Assembly: GCA_965222605.1 (NCBI GenBank)
Contig: OZ244960.1
Span: 3,968,001-4,032,000 of the forward strand
Origin: Candidatus Latescibacterota bacterium
GTDB lineage: Bacteria > Latescibacterota > UBA2968
Reading direction: 5' to 3'
Length of the DNA: 64,000 nt
Under the pieces are notes generated by a model. That model ran no database searches and was not told the origin of the DNA. It saw only the letters and a program-made list of their open reading frames with translations. Both the position numbers and the translations under genes were made by a program. This document shows positions 20,857-30,074 of the stretch, piece after piece. Within the stretch, counting starts at the first letter, position 1. Each line of letters opens with the position of its first letter.

Positions 20857-20947
20857 TTCTGTGTTTGATAAAAAAGCAAAGTGTGCAACCATCTTGGTAG
20901 GCTCAAATTTCGTTCGGTGTTCTCGATAAATAGACCGGGGACACCGA
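20857..20947 (+). repeat. Structured intergenic element C, copy 1
   Basis: Homologous to 23600-23687; hairpin tcggtgttctcg/cggggacaccga (20914-20947). Confidence 0.65.
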
Positions 20948-21090
20948 TTTGACGCTGTCAAAAATTTCAACGCCCTTTCTCATAATATCCGAGATATGGA
21001 AAAATACTGAATGATTATTTGAGTGGCGACTTTTACCGACTATATCACAGTTTTTATGCATACCCTTCATTAACAGGATATGGATAACCG

Positions 21091-23586
21091 ATGTTTTTAA
21101 GTTATTTCCGAACATGGTTTCGCAATATCCTCAAGTATAGAACCTATTCAGCCATTAACCTGCTGGGTTTGGGGATAGGAATTGCGTGCTGTTATCTGTG
21201 CGTGCTTTACCTCCTGTATGATTGGAGCTTTGATAGGTTTCACAAAGACCATCATCGCATATACGGCATTGCAGGAAAGGTAAAACACAGTAACGGAATA
21301 ATGGGGAACGGAATAATGGGGATCCCGTTGGCGGGTACATGGGCAGAAATAGCCAGATTTCCTGTTGTATTATCTTCCATGATTTCTGCCGAAGTTCCTG
21401 AGATTGAGACCACGACCCGTGTAAAGTGTGTCCTCGGGACAGCGACCTGGCAAGTAGGTACGCACAAAGAATTTTTGCGACCTATCCAAGAGGTTTTGTT
21501 CGTTGATAGGAGTTTTGGGGCGATGTTTTCCTTTCCTCTTATTCACGGCACGTTCTTCTCGCGACCAGGGCAAGTCGTGATCACACGTAGATTCGCTCAG
21601 ATACTTACCAACGATATTGACAGTTTGATTGGCAAAGTGTTATGGATGCGCGTTGCTTCTCGCAGGTTCGTGAAAGATCTGAAACCCGTATTAGCCCCTG
21701 TTGAAATAGGGGGCATCGTGGAAACCCCGCCCCGCAATTCGAGCCTGAATTTCGAGATTCTTTTGCCATTGAGTATATCCGCAACCTTTCTAAAAAAGAA
21801 AGAAGGCAGGTGGGATTGGCAATTTAGGTGTACACATTATATCCGTTTGACAGATGAAGCAGATGTGGAGGCAGTAGAGAGAAAACTCACGGCGTTCATG
21901 CAGAAGCAGTCCTCTTTCAACTCGCTATGGGATTTAGAGACCTTTCAGGCTAAATTGCAACCCATCACAGAATTGCACCATTATAGAGGTCCGTTTATTG
22001 ATGGTGTGTTCCGCTACACGAATCCCTTATATGGATATATTCTCGGCGGTATCAGTGTATTGGTTCTGGTTATCGCGTGTTTGAATTACGTGCTCCTCTA
22101 TGTGGGGCGGTTCAACTCGCGTACCAAAGAATTGGGCATAAGGCAAATCTTTGGAGCGAGCCGCAGGCACCTCAGGTACCAACTCCTGGTCGAATGCTTT
22201 GGATACAGTCTATTAGCGTGCATCTTAGGCTTGGCAGTCGCAGAGTTGGCATCAAGTCCTCTTGAAGGTGTTTTACGGATTCCTTTCACGTCTTCGGTAG
22301 ATCCCATTCAGACCGCGATTGTTCTCCTAACACTGGCATGTCTGATAGGTCTGGTCACAGCCTTTTACCCAGCAGCCTTTATGTCGTCTGTGTCTGCCCT
22401 CAGCGTTTTGAGCAAAACAGCAAAGGCCGTCGGTTCTGGACTGTTCTTAAAGATATTGATGGCTATCCAGTCCGGTGTGACTTTAGTCTTTGTGTTTTGC
22501 ACGATCATTATCTTCGAACAGACTTTTTTTGTCATCACGGCAGAGCCGGGTTTTGAACCAGCGAATTTGGTCAGGATCAATACCAGTGGGTTGACAGAAA
22601 ATGAGATCAACCGTCTGCAAGCGTCCTTATCTGCATCTCCTCTCGTGACATCCTGTGTGCGGACGAACTTGCCCTTCGGATGGTCAAATGCAATCTTGAT
22701 GAAAGACAGCAGTGATAAACTCATTGATAACATAACCTATTATCAGGTGAAGGGGCCTTTTCTCGAGACCGTTGGGTTGCAACTCGTAAAGGGGAGAACC
22801 TTGCATCCCAACCCCATGCCCGGCGATGTGATCGTGAATGAAGCTTTCCAAAAGCACCTAACATCGCCACAGCCTCTTGGACAGGTGATCACGCAGGCGG
22901 ATACAAAGTTTAGAAGACCCGTGTTTAGCAGCGATGTGAGTGGTCGCATAGTCGGTGTGGTTAAGAATTTTCACGTTAGAAACTTGCGCCACACCGTCCC
23001 GCCGACCATCATCACGATTGCCCCGGATGATGCAACAACTAAGCGACAAGACCTAGAAATATTGATTCGGATTCGAGAAGGTAGTGCGGAAACCTTTGGT
23101 GCGTATCTCAAGGGACTGTGGCAAGACCTCAAAAAGGAGCATCACCTGACGTTTTCCTTTGTAGAAGATGACAGGCGACATTTTTATGCTAAAGAGATCA
23201 ATTGGAGCAAGATCGTCTCTGGCGCGGCCCTGTGCGCTGTCTTCATCGCGTCAATGGGTGCTATGGGCATGATCTCGCTATCCGTGGCTCGCAGAAGAAA
23301 GGAAATAGCCATCCGAAGGGTCATGGGTGCCGTGCCGTCTAAAATAGCCAGTGAGATTGTGTTGAACTACGCGCTGCCCGGGTTTATAGCCGCCGTCATC
23401 GCGCTGCCGCTGTCTTATTTATTTATCCAAGAATGGCTCTCGATATTTGCCTACCGCTTTCAATTTGGGGTTGGGACTATTTTGGTGACGCTCTTATTGG
23501 GTATTCTGCTTCCACTGATATGTGGTTTCGTACACGCGCTAAAGGTGGCTTCTGCAAATCCAATAGATGCCCTTCGAGAGGACTGA
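21091..23586 (+). CDS. FtsX/MacB-like ABC permease (duplicated MacB_PCD/FtsX domains)
   Basis: YSAINLLGLGIGIA, IACLNY, RTKELGIRQIFGA, RRKEIAIRRVMGA, NPIDALRE. Confidence 0.9.
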   Translation: MFLSYFRTWFRNILKYRTYSAINLLGLGIGIACCYLCVLYLLYDWSFDRFHKDHHRIYGIAGKVKHSNGIMGNGIMGIPLAGTWAEIARFPVVLSSMISAEVPEIETTTRVKCVLGTATWQVGTHKEFLRPIQEVLFVDRSFGAMFSFPLIHGTFFSRPGQVVITRRFAQILTNDIDSLIGKVLWMRVASRRFVKDLKPVLAPVEIGGIVETPPRNSSLNFEILLPLSISATFLKKKEGRWDWQFRCTHYIRLTDEADVEAVERKLTAFMQKQSSFNSLWDLETFQAKLQPITELHHYRGPFIDGVFRYTNPLYGYILGGISVLVLVIACLNYVLLYVGRFNSRTKELGIRQIFGASRRHLRYQLLVECFGYSLLACILGLAVAELASSPLEGVLRIPFTSSVDPIQTAIVLLTLACLIGLVTAFYPAAFMSSVSALSVLSKTAKAVGSGLFLKILMAIQSGVTLVFVFCTIIIFEQTFFVITAEPGFEPANLVRINTSGLTENEINRLQASLSASPLVTSCVRTNLPFGWSNAILMKDSSDKLIDNITYYQVKGPFLETVGLQLVKGRTLHPNPMPGDVIVNEAFQKHLTSPQPLGQVITQADTKFRRPVFSSDVSGRIVGVVKNFHVRNLRHTVPPTIITIAPDDATTKRQDLEILIRIREGSAETFGAYLKGLWQDLKKEHHLTFSFVEDDRRHFYAKEINWSKIVSGAALCAVFIASMGAMGMISLSVARRRKEIAIRRVMGAVPSKIASEIVLNYALPGFIAAVIALPLSYLFIQEWLSIFAYRFQFGVGTILVTLLLGILLPLICGFVHALKVASANPIDALRED

Positions 23587-23599
23587 TATGAAAATTTGC

Positions 23600-23687
23600 T
23601 TCTGTTCGGTAAAAAAACAGTGTGCTACCGATCTTAATAGGCCGCAACTTGACTTGGTGTTCTCGGTAAACAGGCCGGGAGTACCGA
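23600..23687 (+). repeat. Structured intergenic element C, copy 2
   Basis: Hairpin ttggtgttctcgg/ccgggagtaccga (23654-23687); substitutions relative to copy 1 retain pairing through G-U on the + strand. Confidence 0.65.
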
Positions 23688-23715
23688 GCCTATGATAAGG
23701 AAAGGATGATGATTT

Positions 23716-24807
23716 ATGAATCGCAAAAAGTTATTGGTTTCCGTGAGATGGCTGACACTCCTCCTTTTGATCTGTGGAAGTTGCCAAAAAAGTACTGTTG
23801 AAAACCAGCAAGATGGGGTCGCTCTCAAGGTGCAAGCACAAGGTGCCCAACTTTCATTGATTGATGCCATTACCCTTGAACGGTCAGAGGCAAGGCCAGC
23901 TCTCGGACGTGTCCGTTCCATTACTGTTTTGGAGAACTATATCATTATTGTAGATGCCATGAGAGAAAGTGTCGAAGTTTTTGACAAGGAGGGCAGCTAT
24001 AAGTGGTCTATTGGTAGTCGCGGGGATGGAGAAGGTCAGTACAAGAGCCCGAGCGAGCCAACAATTATCCCCAATACCGACCAAATGCTGATCTATGATG
24101 GGGGGCAGGTGCTTATCTTCTCGATTCAAGGAGAATTTTTAGGGCAGGTAAAGCTGCCAGAGAGACGCTTTATTAATCGCATGGCGGTTTCTGATGAGCA
24201 CAATCTCATTCATACTTATCTTGACAAAAACCAAAACGGTATGCTTTGTGTCACCTCCCTTGAAACTGGTGAAGACCTCGCCAAGTTCAAAGTTAGCGAG
24301 TCTCAATACGAACACTTATTTTTTGGTTTGCAGAGTTTCCAAGGGCTTGCTTATGACGAGATACAGAGAATGATATATTTTGCCTTGCCCTGGGAAGAGA
24401 AGGTTATGCGAATTGATTTGGCAACACAGGAATTTTTGACCCCCATAGTCATAAATCATCCCAAATTTGTCAGCCTCAAATTAGATGAAATAGATGATAG
24501 CAAAGATATTAGAGAATTATCCCAACACAGGTTCAGCAGATTGAACAGCATGTATCTCTTGTCTTCGAGCGATATTTTGCTCAATTACCAGTTCTGGGAT
24601 TCGTCAATGAGTACCGCGCTTATACTTTTATCAGGCTTGGATATGCAGCCATCGGCGCAAGAAGTGAAAAATGAATTGGGGTACAATATTTTTACTTGTT
24701 ATGGAAAATCTATATATATGTATTCGTCTTCCACTGATGGCGAAGATACAAATGGGAGAATTCGTGTCTATCGTCTGACGGAACCTCAAGAAGCCCCTAC
24801 CGGATAG
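23716..24807 (+). CDS. 6-bladed beta-propeller (NHL-like) lipoprotein
   Basis: Lipobox ICGSC; VFDKEGSYKWSIGSRGDGEGQY motif. Confidence 0.8.
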   Translation: MNRKKLLVSVRWLTLLLLICGSCQKSTVENQQDGVALKVQAQGAQLSLIDAITLERSEARPALGRVRSITVLENYIIIVDAMRESVEVFDKEGSYKWSIGSRGDGEGQYKSPSEPTIIPNTDQMLIYDGGQVLIFSIQGEFLGQVKLPERRFINRMAVSDEHNLIHTYLDKNQNGMLCVTSLETGEDLAKFKVSESQYEHLFFGLQSFQGLAYDEIQRMIYFALPWEEKVMRIDLATQEFLTPIVINHPKFVSLKLDEIDDSKDIRELSQHRFSRLNSMYLLSSSDILLNYQFWDSSMSTALILLSGLDMQPSAQEVKNELGYNIFTCYGKSIYMYSSSTDGEDTNGRIRVYRLTEPQEAPTG

Positions 24808-24885
24808 TGGTGAGAGTCAGGCCGTGTTCGAGTGTCTCTTTATCACAAAGTTAAAATTGAAGTGGCAAAAGTGTTAATATAAATA

Positions 24886-25041
24886 GCCGCTGATATACCT
24901 TGGCAAGTCGAGTGTCGGCGGTAAGAACAGTGTACAACCGCTGGCTGGCAATCCCTGATAGATTCGGGCGGTGTACAACTGCGCACGCGTAGCACAACGT
25001 CAGTATAGCAGTTCAAAGCTCAAGCATTTGGGAATGTGAGC
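24886..25041. ncRNA. Structured intergenic element A, copy 2 (long central insert)
   Basis: tggcaagtcgagtgtcggcgg and gcagttcaaagctcaagcatttgggaatgtgagc identical to copy 1, separated by a longer insert. Confidence 0.55.
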
Positions 25042-25046
25042 ATGAG

Positions 25047-25109
25047 AGAATGGTTTTACTTTTACTGGAGTCCATCGAGTAAGGTGCGTCTTATGCATAC
25101 GCACACTTT
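25047..25109 (+). repeat. Leader element B, copy 2
   Basis: Homologous to 20537-20597; directly follows element A copy 2 and precedes the ABC exporter. Confidence 0.55.
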
Positions 25110-25127
25110 AAGTTATTTACATTACGG

Positions 25128-26906
25128 GTGAATATGAAAAAAAAAATTAACAAATTCATCTCAGCAACTTTTTATATCTCTAAGAATAGACATGTCTTTT
25201 ATCATTTTTTAAAATTTCTGAAACCTTATTGGGTACAGCAAAGCGTTGTTTTCGTTCTCATGCTCTTGGGGACTGTTAGCTCGCTGGCCTTTCCTTATAT
25301 CATGAAAATTATTATTGATGACGTGTTTCCAAACAAAGACTATGAATTATTTATATTTATTTTGCTTCTGCTCTTGGGCATTACAGTAGGTAATATCATT
25401 ATTGGTTTTTGTTCAAACTATTTATTTTCTTGGATAAACAATCGCATTATGCTGGATATAAGGAGCCATCTTTTTGACCACTTAATCCAGTTGCCATTGA
25501 GCTTTTATGATCGCAATAAATCTGGGGATATTGTTTATAGAATGAGCAACGAAGTGGATAGGATACAGTCGTTTATCACTTCGAGTGCTTTGAATCTTAC
25601 GCATAGCTTGTTGACACTCATAGGGCTTACTGTGGTTCTCTGCTGGTTGAACTGGCAACTCTTCTTGGCTTCTATTATTGTGATACCCTTTCTGGTACTC
25701 AATATTCGCTATTTCCAGCCTAAAATAAGAGATATTACAGAACGAGGACGAAAGAAAGGCTCTGAAGTTATGAGCTATTTGATTGAGCGATTTGAGACTG
25801 TCCAATTGATTCAGGTCTATAATGCCTATAATTATGAAAACAATAGATTGTGGTCGCAGCTAAATGATCTTCTGGATATCAATATGCAAAATGTAACCTA
25901 TTCTGGCGTGATGAGATCGATTTCGAGATTTTTCACATCCCTGACACCTGCGATCATTTTGGGCTGGGGAGGCCACAAAGTCATGTTGGGCGTCATAAGC
26001 TTGGGGGCATTAGTCGCTTTTTTGCAATACCTGTCGCGCCTTTTTGAACCATTTAGAAATCTCAACCATCTTTATGTAGAACTTATCCGTGTATCTGTTT
26101 CAATGAAGCGGGTATTCGAGTTTCTCGAGATTGATATTCAGGAATGGTCCGACTCGTCTGTCACCCGTCCTTTTTCTTTTGAAAAGGAGATAGCGTTTAC
26201 CGACCTCAATTTTGGATATAACGGACAACCCGTTTTGCAGGACTTCAGCTTGAGACTTGAGAAAGGAAAAAAATATGCTCTGGTAGGGTCAAGCGGTTGT
26301 GGCAAGAGTTCATTGGTAAATTTGCTGTGTCGTTTTTATGAATCGAATACAGGTGCGATTACTATTGATCACATACCGATTACCCATATCAAACTGTATG
26401 ATCTGAGAGAGCATATTGGTCTGGTAACTCAGGAAAATCAAGTTTTTCATGATACAATCTGGGACAATATCCGATACAGCAAGCCGAACAGTACGCCTGA
26501 AGAGGTCCATAGAGCGATCAGGATAGCTGGTTTGGATGGATTTATTGAGAAGGCTGAAGATGGTGCGCTTACGCTTGTCGGTGATCGCGGGAACACACTT
26601 TCGGCTGGTCAAAAGCAGCGTATTGCCATTGCGCGTGCAATTTTGAGAGACTCGGATATTTTGATCCTGGATGAAGCTACGTCGGCACTGGATTCTGAAA
26701 GCGAAGGTGAAATTATAGCAAATTTACAGGATCTATATGAAGATAAAACGATGATTGTGATTAGCCACAGACTCAGCACGATCCAGCAGGTAGATGAGAT
26801 TATCTGTTTGGATGAGGGGAGAGTTGTGGAGCAAGGAGCACATGAAGAGTTGTTGGAGAAGAAGGGACATTATTGGCGTCTTTTTCGCAAGCAACTTATC
26901 GCATAG
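25128..26906 (+). CDS. ABC exporter, fused TMD-NBD (no C39 peptidase domain)
   Basis: Six-TM N-terminal half; GSSGCGKS, LSAGQKQR, ILDEATSALD, ISHRLS. Confidence 0.95.
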   Translation: MNMKKKINKFISATFYISKNRHVFYHFLKFLKPYWVQQSVVFVLMLLGTVSSLAFPYIMKIIIDDVFPNKDYELFIFILLLLLGITVGNIIIGFCSNYLFSWINNRIMLDIRSHLFDHLIQLPLSFYDRNKSGDIVYRMSNEVDRIQSFITSSALNLTHSLLTLIGLTVVLCWLNWQLFLASIIVIPFLVLNIRYFQPKIRDITERGRKKGSEVMSYLIERFETVQLIQVYNAYNYENNRLWSQLNDLLDINMQNVTYSGVMRSISRFFTSLTPAIILGWGGHKVMLGVISLGALVAFLQYLSRLFEPFRNLNHLYVELIRVSVSMKRVFEFLEIDIQEWSDSSVTRPFSFEKEIAFTDLNFGYNGQPVLQDFSLRLEKGKKYALVGSSGCGKSSLVNLLCRFYESNTGAITIDHIPITHIKLYDLREHIGLVTQENQVFHDTIWDNIRYSKPNSTPEEVHRAIRIAGLDGFIEKAEDGALTLVGDRGNTLSAGQKQRIAIARAILRDSDILILDEATSALDSESEGEIIANLQDLYEDKTMIVISHRLSTIQQVDEIICLDEGRVVEQGAHEELLEKKGHYWRLFRKQLIA

Positions 26907-26909
26907 GGA

Positions 26910-27419
26910 ATGGAACTGGTGAGTGTAGAATTTCGCAATCCTGACATAAAATTAGTTCTTCTGCGTGCATTGGTTATTCAAATTTTGGGAATAGGCGCAG
27001 GATTGATTTATACTGTTATTTTTAGTGAACAGCTTTTGTTCGGCGAGGTTGAAACCTTTGAAAAACAAGATGATATAACGTATGTCTCTTTAGAGGCACT
27101 TCAAAATGTAATTCAATCGAAATCAAAAATACTACTCATTGATGGACGATCTGAATCAGCTTATCACGAAGGCCATATTCCAGGGGCTGTGAACGTACCG
27201 TATATTCAGCGTGATTATTTTTTTAAAAAACTTTTGGCTGATATTGCCCGCGAGACACCAATAATTGTCTATTGTTCCGGAAAGAATTGTAATACCAGTG
27301 TCAAATTGGCGAGGTCTCTGTCAGGGGAATTTGGATTTATACATGTTCGAGTTTTTAAGGGAGGATGGGAGGAATGGGTAAAGGGTGAAAATCCGATTCA
27401 AACGAGTTTTGACAGATGA
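26910..27419 (+). CDS. Membrane-anchored rhodanese-like protein
   Basis: IDGR, GHIPGAVNVP, VYCSGKNC, GGWEEW. Confidence 0.85.
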   Translation: MELVSVEFRNPDIKLVLLRALVIQILGIGAGLIYTVIFSEQLLFGEVETFEKQDDITYVSLEALQNVIQSKSKILLIDGRSESAYHEGHIPGAVNVPYIQRDYFFKKLLADIARETPIIVYCSGKNCNTSVKLARSLSGEFGFIHVRVFKGGWEEWVKGENPIQTSFDR

Positions 27420-27883
27420 TTATACCTTCTAAATTAGCATGGATAGGAACCGTGATCCGGATATTTCTGGGGGTTATTCTCGGATGGGCTGGGGTTGTAA
27501 AAATCCGTAATCCTGAAGCATTTATTAAAATTGTGAGAGCCTACAATTTGCTACCTGAGGAATTGGGCGTGCTATGGGGAATTTTCTTGCCCTGGATTGA
27601 GCTTGTGACAGGTTTATTTTTAATTTCAGGTTTGTGGCACAAGAGTGCTGTGCTCAGTAGCTCTGGTCTTTTTTTAGCATTTGCAGCAGCAGTCGGCATT
27701 AATATTCTCCGCGGTGCAGATATCGCCTGTGGTTGTTTTGGGTTCAATGACACCAATTTGTATGTTGTGTTGTTCCAGGCCCTGGTCTTCTTGCTTTGCT
27801 GTTATTTTTTGTTTTTTCTGAAATCTACACCTTATTCTATGGACCATTGTCTTTTTACTTCTCAAAGAGGTGGACTTTCGTAA
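27416..27883 (+). CDS. MauE/DoxX family membrane protein
   Basis: RIFLG..AG..K, LPWIELVTG, IACGCFG. Confidence 0.9.
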   Translation: MIIPSKLAWIGTVIRIFLGVILGWAGVVKIRNPEAFIKIVRAYNLLPEELGVLWGIFLPWIELVTGLFLISGLWHKSAVLSSSGLFLAFAAAVGINILRGADIACGCFGFNDTNLYVVLFQALVFLLCCYFLFFLKSTPYSMDHCLFTSQRGGLS

Positions 27884-27901
27884 AGTATTCCCATGCAAAA
27901 T

Positions 27902-28002
27902 CCGCTGACAGGCCCTGGCGAGTCGAGTGTTGGCGGCAGACTGCTATCCCCGCATGAGGTAAGCAGGGGCAGTTCAAAGTGCAAGCATTTGGGAATGTGA
28001 GC
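27902..28002. ncRNA. Structured intergenic element A, copy 3 (short palindromic insert)
   Basis: ccgctgacaggccctggcgagtcgagtgttggcggcagactgc...cagttcaaagtgcaagcatttgggaatgtgagc. Confidence 0.55.
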
Positions 28003-28115
28003 GTGACCAATTCAAAATATCTAATTATGGTAGTAGAAGGATAGTTGTGTGCCTCGAAGAACTAAGATCAGCATAAAATTTTAATGTATGGCCAATATCA
28101 ACTCATTTAAGAGGT

Positions 28116-29393
28116 ATGGTTTTGAGAACAGTTTTGATGATCACACAAAAATTTCCTCCTTTTAATGGTGTTGGGATTCTGCGGGTTACCAAATTCGTGA
28201 AGTATATTCAGGAGTTTGGATGGCGACCTGTTGTTCTGACTTGCAAACGAAAAGAAAATCATTTAGACGCTGTGGATGAAAAACTGTTAGATGGTGTTCC
28301 GAAAAATTTAAGCATTCATCGGGTAAATGCCCCTTCCCTGTACGACGTTTACAGACTAATAGGCGGACGGGCAAAACAAGGCTCTTTTTCTTTGTCTAAA
28401 AATTCTCTGGCTACTTTAATCCGATCCTTATTTGTACCTGACCAATATGTCGCCTGGTATTTTACGGGTGTACGTAAGGCGAAAGAGATTTTCCAGGTGG
28501 AGAATATAGACGCGATCTATTCTACATCTCCTCGTGAAACATCACATCTGATTGGACGAACGCTCCATCTAAAATATAAGTGTCCTTGGATAGCCGATTT
28601 TAGGGATCCCTGGATCGAGAAACAACACCGTCCAAAACGTATCCAGCCTCTCGAACAGTTCGAGAAGTACTTAGAAAAAATTGTGCTTCGCGATGCAGAT
28701 TGCATTCTTGCTGCCTGGCCCGGTATTGTCCGAAGTTTTGAGCCTGCTGTAGAGGAGAAATCGCAAGTTTTGACTAATGGATTTGATGAAGAAGACTTCA
28801 GAGGTCTAAAGCCTCATGTGTTCCCAAAATTCACTTTTTTGTATGCCGGATCACTTTTTAAAGAATTGTCACCCCTACCAATGTTCGAAGCATTGGATAT
28901 GCTGCTGCGAATACGTCCAAAACTACGACAAAGAATTCAATTGGTCCTCTTGGGAAGGCAAGATGCATTTATTCGAGATACGATAACAAAATACGAGTTG
29001 GAATCTTGTGTACATATCATCCCACAAATACCGCACAGAGAATGTTTGCAGTACATATTGGGAGCTGATGTATTGACTTTTTCTGTACCAGATAAACAGT
29101 GGATCCCCAGCAAAATTTTTGAGTACTTAAGAGCCAGCAGACCCATACTGGCAATAGCAGACCAGGATTCAGACGCTGTACAGATTATCGCGCGTGTAAA
29201 CCAGGGTTTATGTTTCGCAAGCCGAGATCCTGAGCATATAGCACGTTATATGTCAAATTTAGTGCGAAATCGCGAGGTTTCGGATTGTGGGATTCAAAAC
29301 AATAGGCAACTCTGGGAGTTTGAACGAAGACAGTTAGCAAAACAGCTTGCTCATACCCTTGATACGCTCGTCAATCAGGTTTATAGGAAATGA
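28116..29393 (+). CDS. Glycosyltransferase family 4
   Basis: FPPFNGVGILR, WIADFRDPW, TNGFDEED, PSKIFEYL. Confidence 0.9.
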   Translation: MVLRTVLMITQKFPPFNGVGILRVTKFVKYIQEFGWRPVVLTCKRKENHLDAVDEKLLDGVPKNLSIHRVNAPSLYDVYRLIGGRAKQGSFSLSKNSLATLIRSLFVPDQYVAWYFTGVRKAKEIFQVENIDAIYSTSPRETSHLIGRTLHLKYKCPWIADFRDPWIEKQHRPKRIQPLEQFEKYLEKIVLRDADCILAAWPGIVRSFEPAVEEKSQVLTNGFDEEDFRGLKPHVFPKFTFLYAGSLFKELSPLPMFEALDMLLRIRPKLRQRIQLVLLGRQDAFIRDTITKYELESCVHIIPQIPHRECLQYILGADVLTFSVPDKQWIPSKIFEYLRASRPILAIADQDSDAVQIIARVNQGLCFASRDPEHIARYMSNLVRNREVSDCGIQNNRQLWEFERRQLAKQLAHTLDTLVNQVYRK

Positions 29394-30073
29394 ATCGTAT
29401 AAATAAAATGTTAAGAGTGTTGTGTGCCCTGAGTTTTCTCATAGTACTATTACCGCTCGTGATCTTGGGCATTGTATTGATCTGGATAGAGACGCGGGAT
29501 AGATGCTTGTTCAAGCAAATCCGAGTGGGAAAAAACTTAAGACCCTTTACCATTTATAAACTTAAAACCATGATTGATCGTAAAAAAGCAGATCGAAATG
29601 ATCTCTTCGTGGATAATGAAAAATATATTACCAAAAGTGGACGTTTGCTCAGGATGTCAAAGATTGACGAAATACCGCAACTTTGGAATATCATCAAGGG
29701 GGATATGGATTTTGTGGGTCCGAGGCCGATAAGAGAACCACTACATAATTTTTATATGAAAAATATCCCAAACTTTGAACTCCGATACCAAACTTTACCC
29801 GGCCTTACGGGAATCTCTCAAATTGTAGATCCTGAGAATACAGATCGCAGTCTCGGCCTATCTTGTGACTGTTACTACATCAATAACAAATCTGTAAAAT
29901 TAGATGTTCAGATCATTGTATCGACGATCGTATATTTGATGTACAGTCTATCACGAGAAATTTACAACTGGACAACTGCAAGATGGCTCAGGCGTATCAA
30001 TGAGGATAATATATCCAACATTCAAGCTGATAATTTGCAGTATATGAGTTTGTCAAAATGGAAACGTCAATGA
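29390..30073 (+). CDS. Bacterial sugar transferase (polyprenyl-phosphate phosphoglycosyltransferase)
   Basis: FKQIRVG, YKLKTM, IDEIPQLWNIIKGDM, VGPRP, PGLTG. Confidence 0.92.
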   Translation: MNRINKMLRVLCALSFLIVLLPLVILGIVLIWIETRDRCLFKQIRVGKNLRPFTIYKLKTMIDRKKADRNDLFVDNEKYITKSGRLLRMSKIDEIPQLWNIIKGDMDFVGPRPIREPLHNFYMKNIPNFELRYQTLPGLTGISQIVDPENTDRSLGLSCDCYYINNKSVKLDVQIIVSTIVYLMYSLSREIYNWTTARWLRRINEDNISNIQADNLQYMSLSKWKRQ

Positions 30074-30074
30074 A

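Noticed and set aside
20846-20929. Selenocysteine read-through of the peptide 2 stop (TGA-TGT, 26 further codons)
   Set aside because: The extension runs through repeat element C, which is non-coding at its second copy. No homology support is visible.
17343-28002. Elements A, B and C as a CRISPR array or integron attC sites
   Set aside because: Copies are kilobases apart with whole genes between them. No cas or integrase gene is present and no consistent RYYYAAC/GTTRRRY ends were seen.
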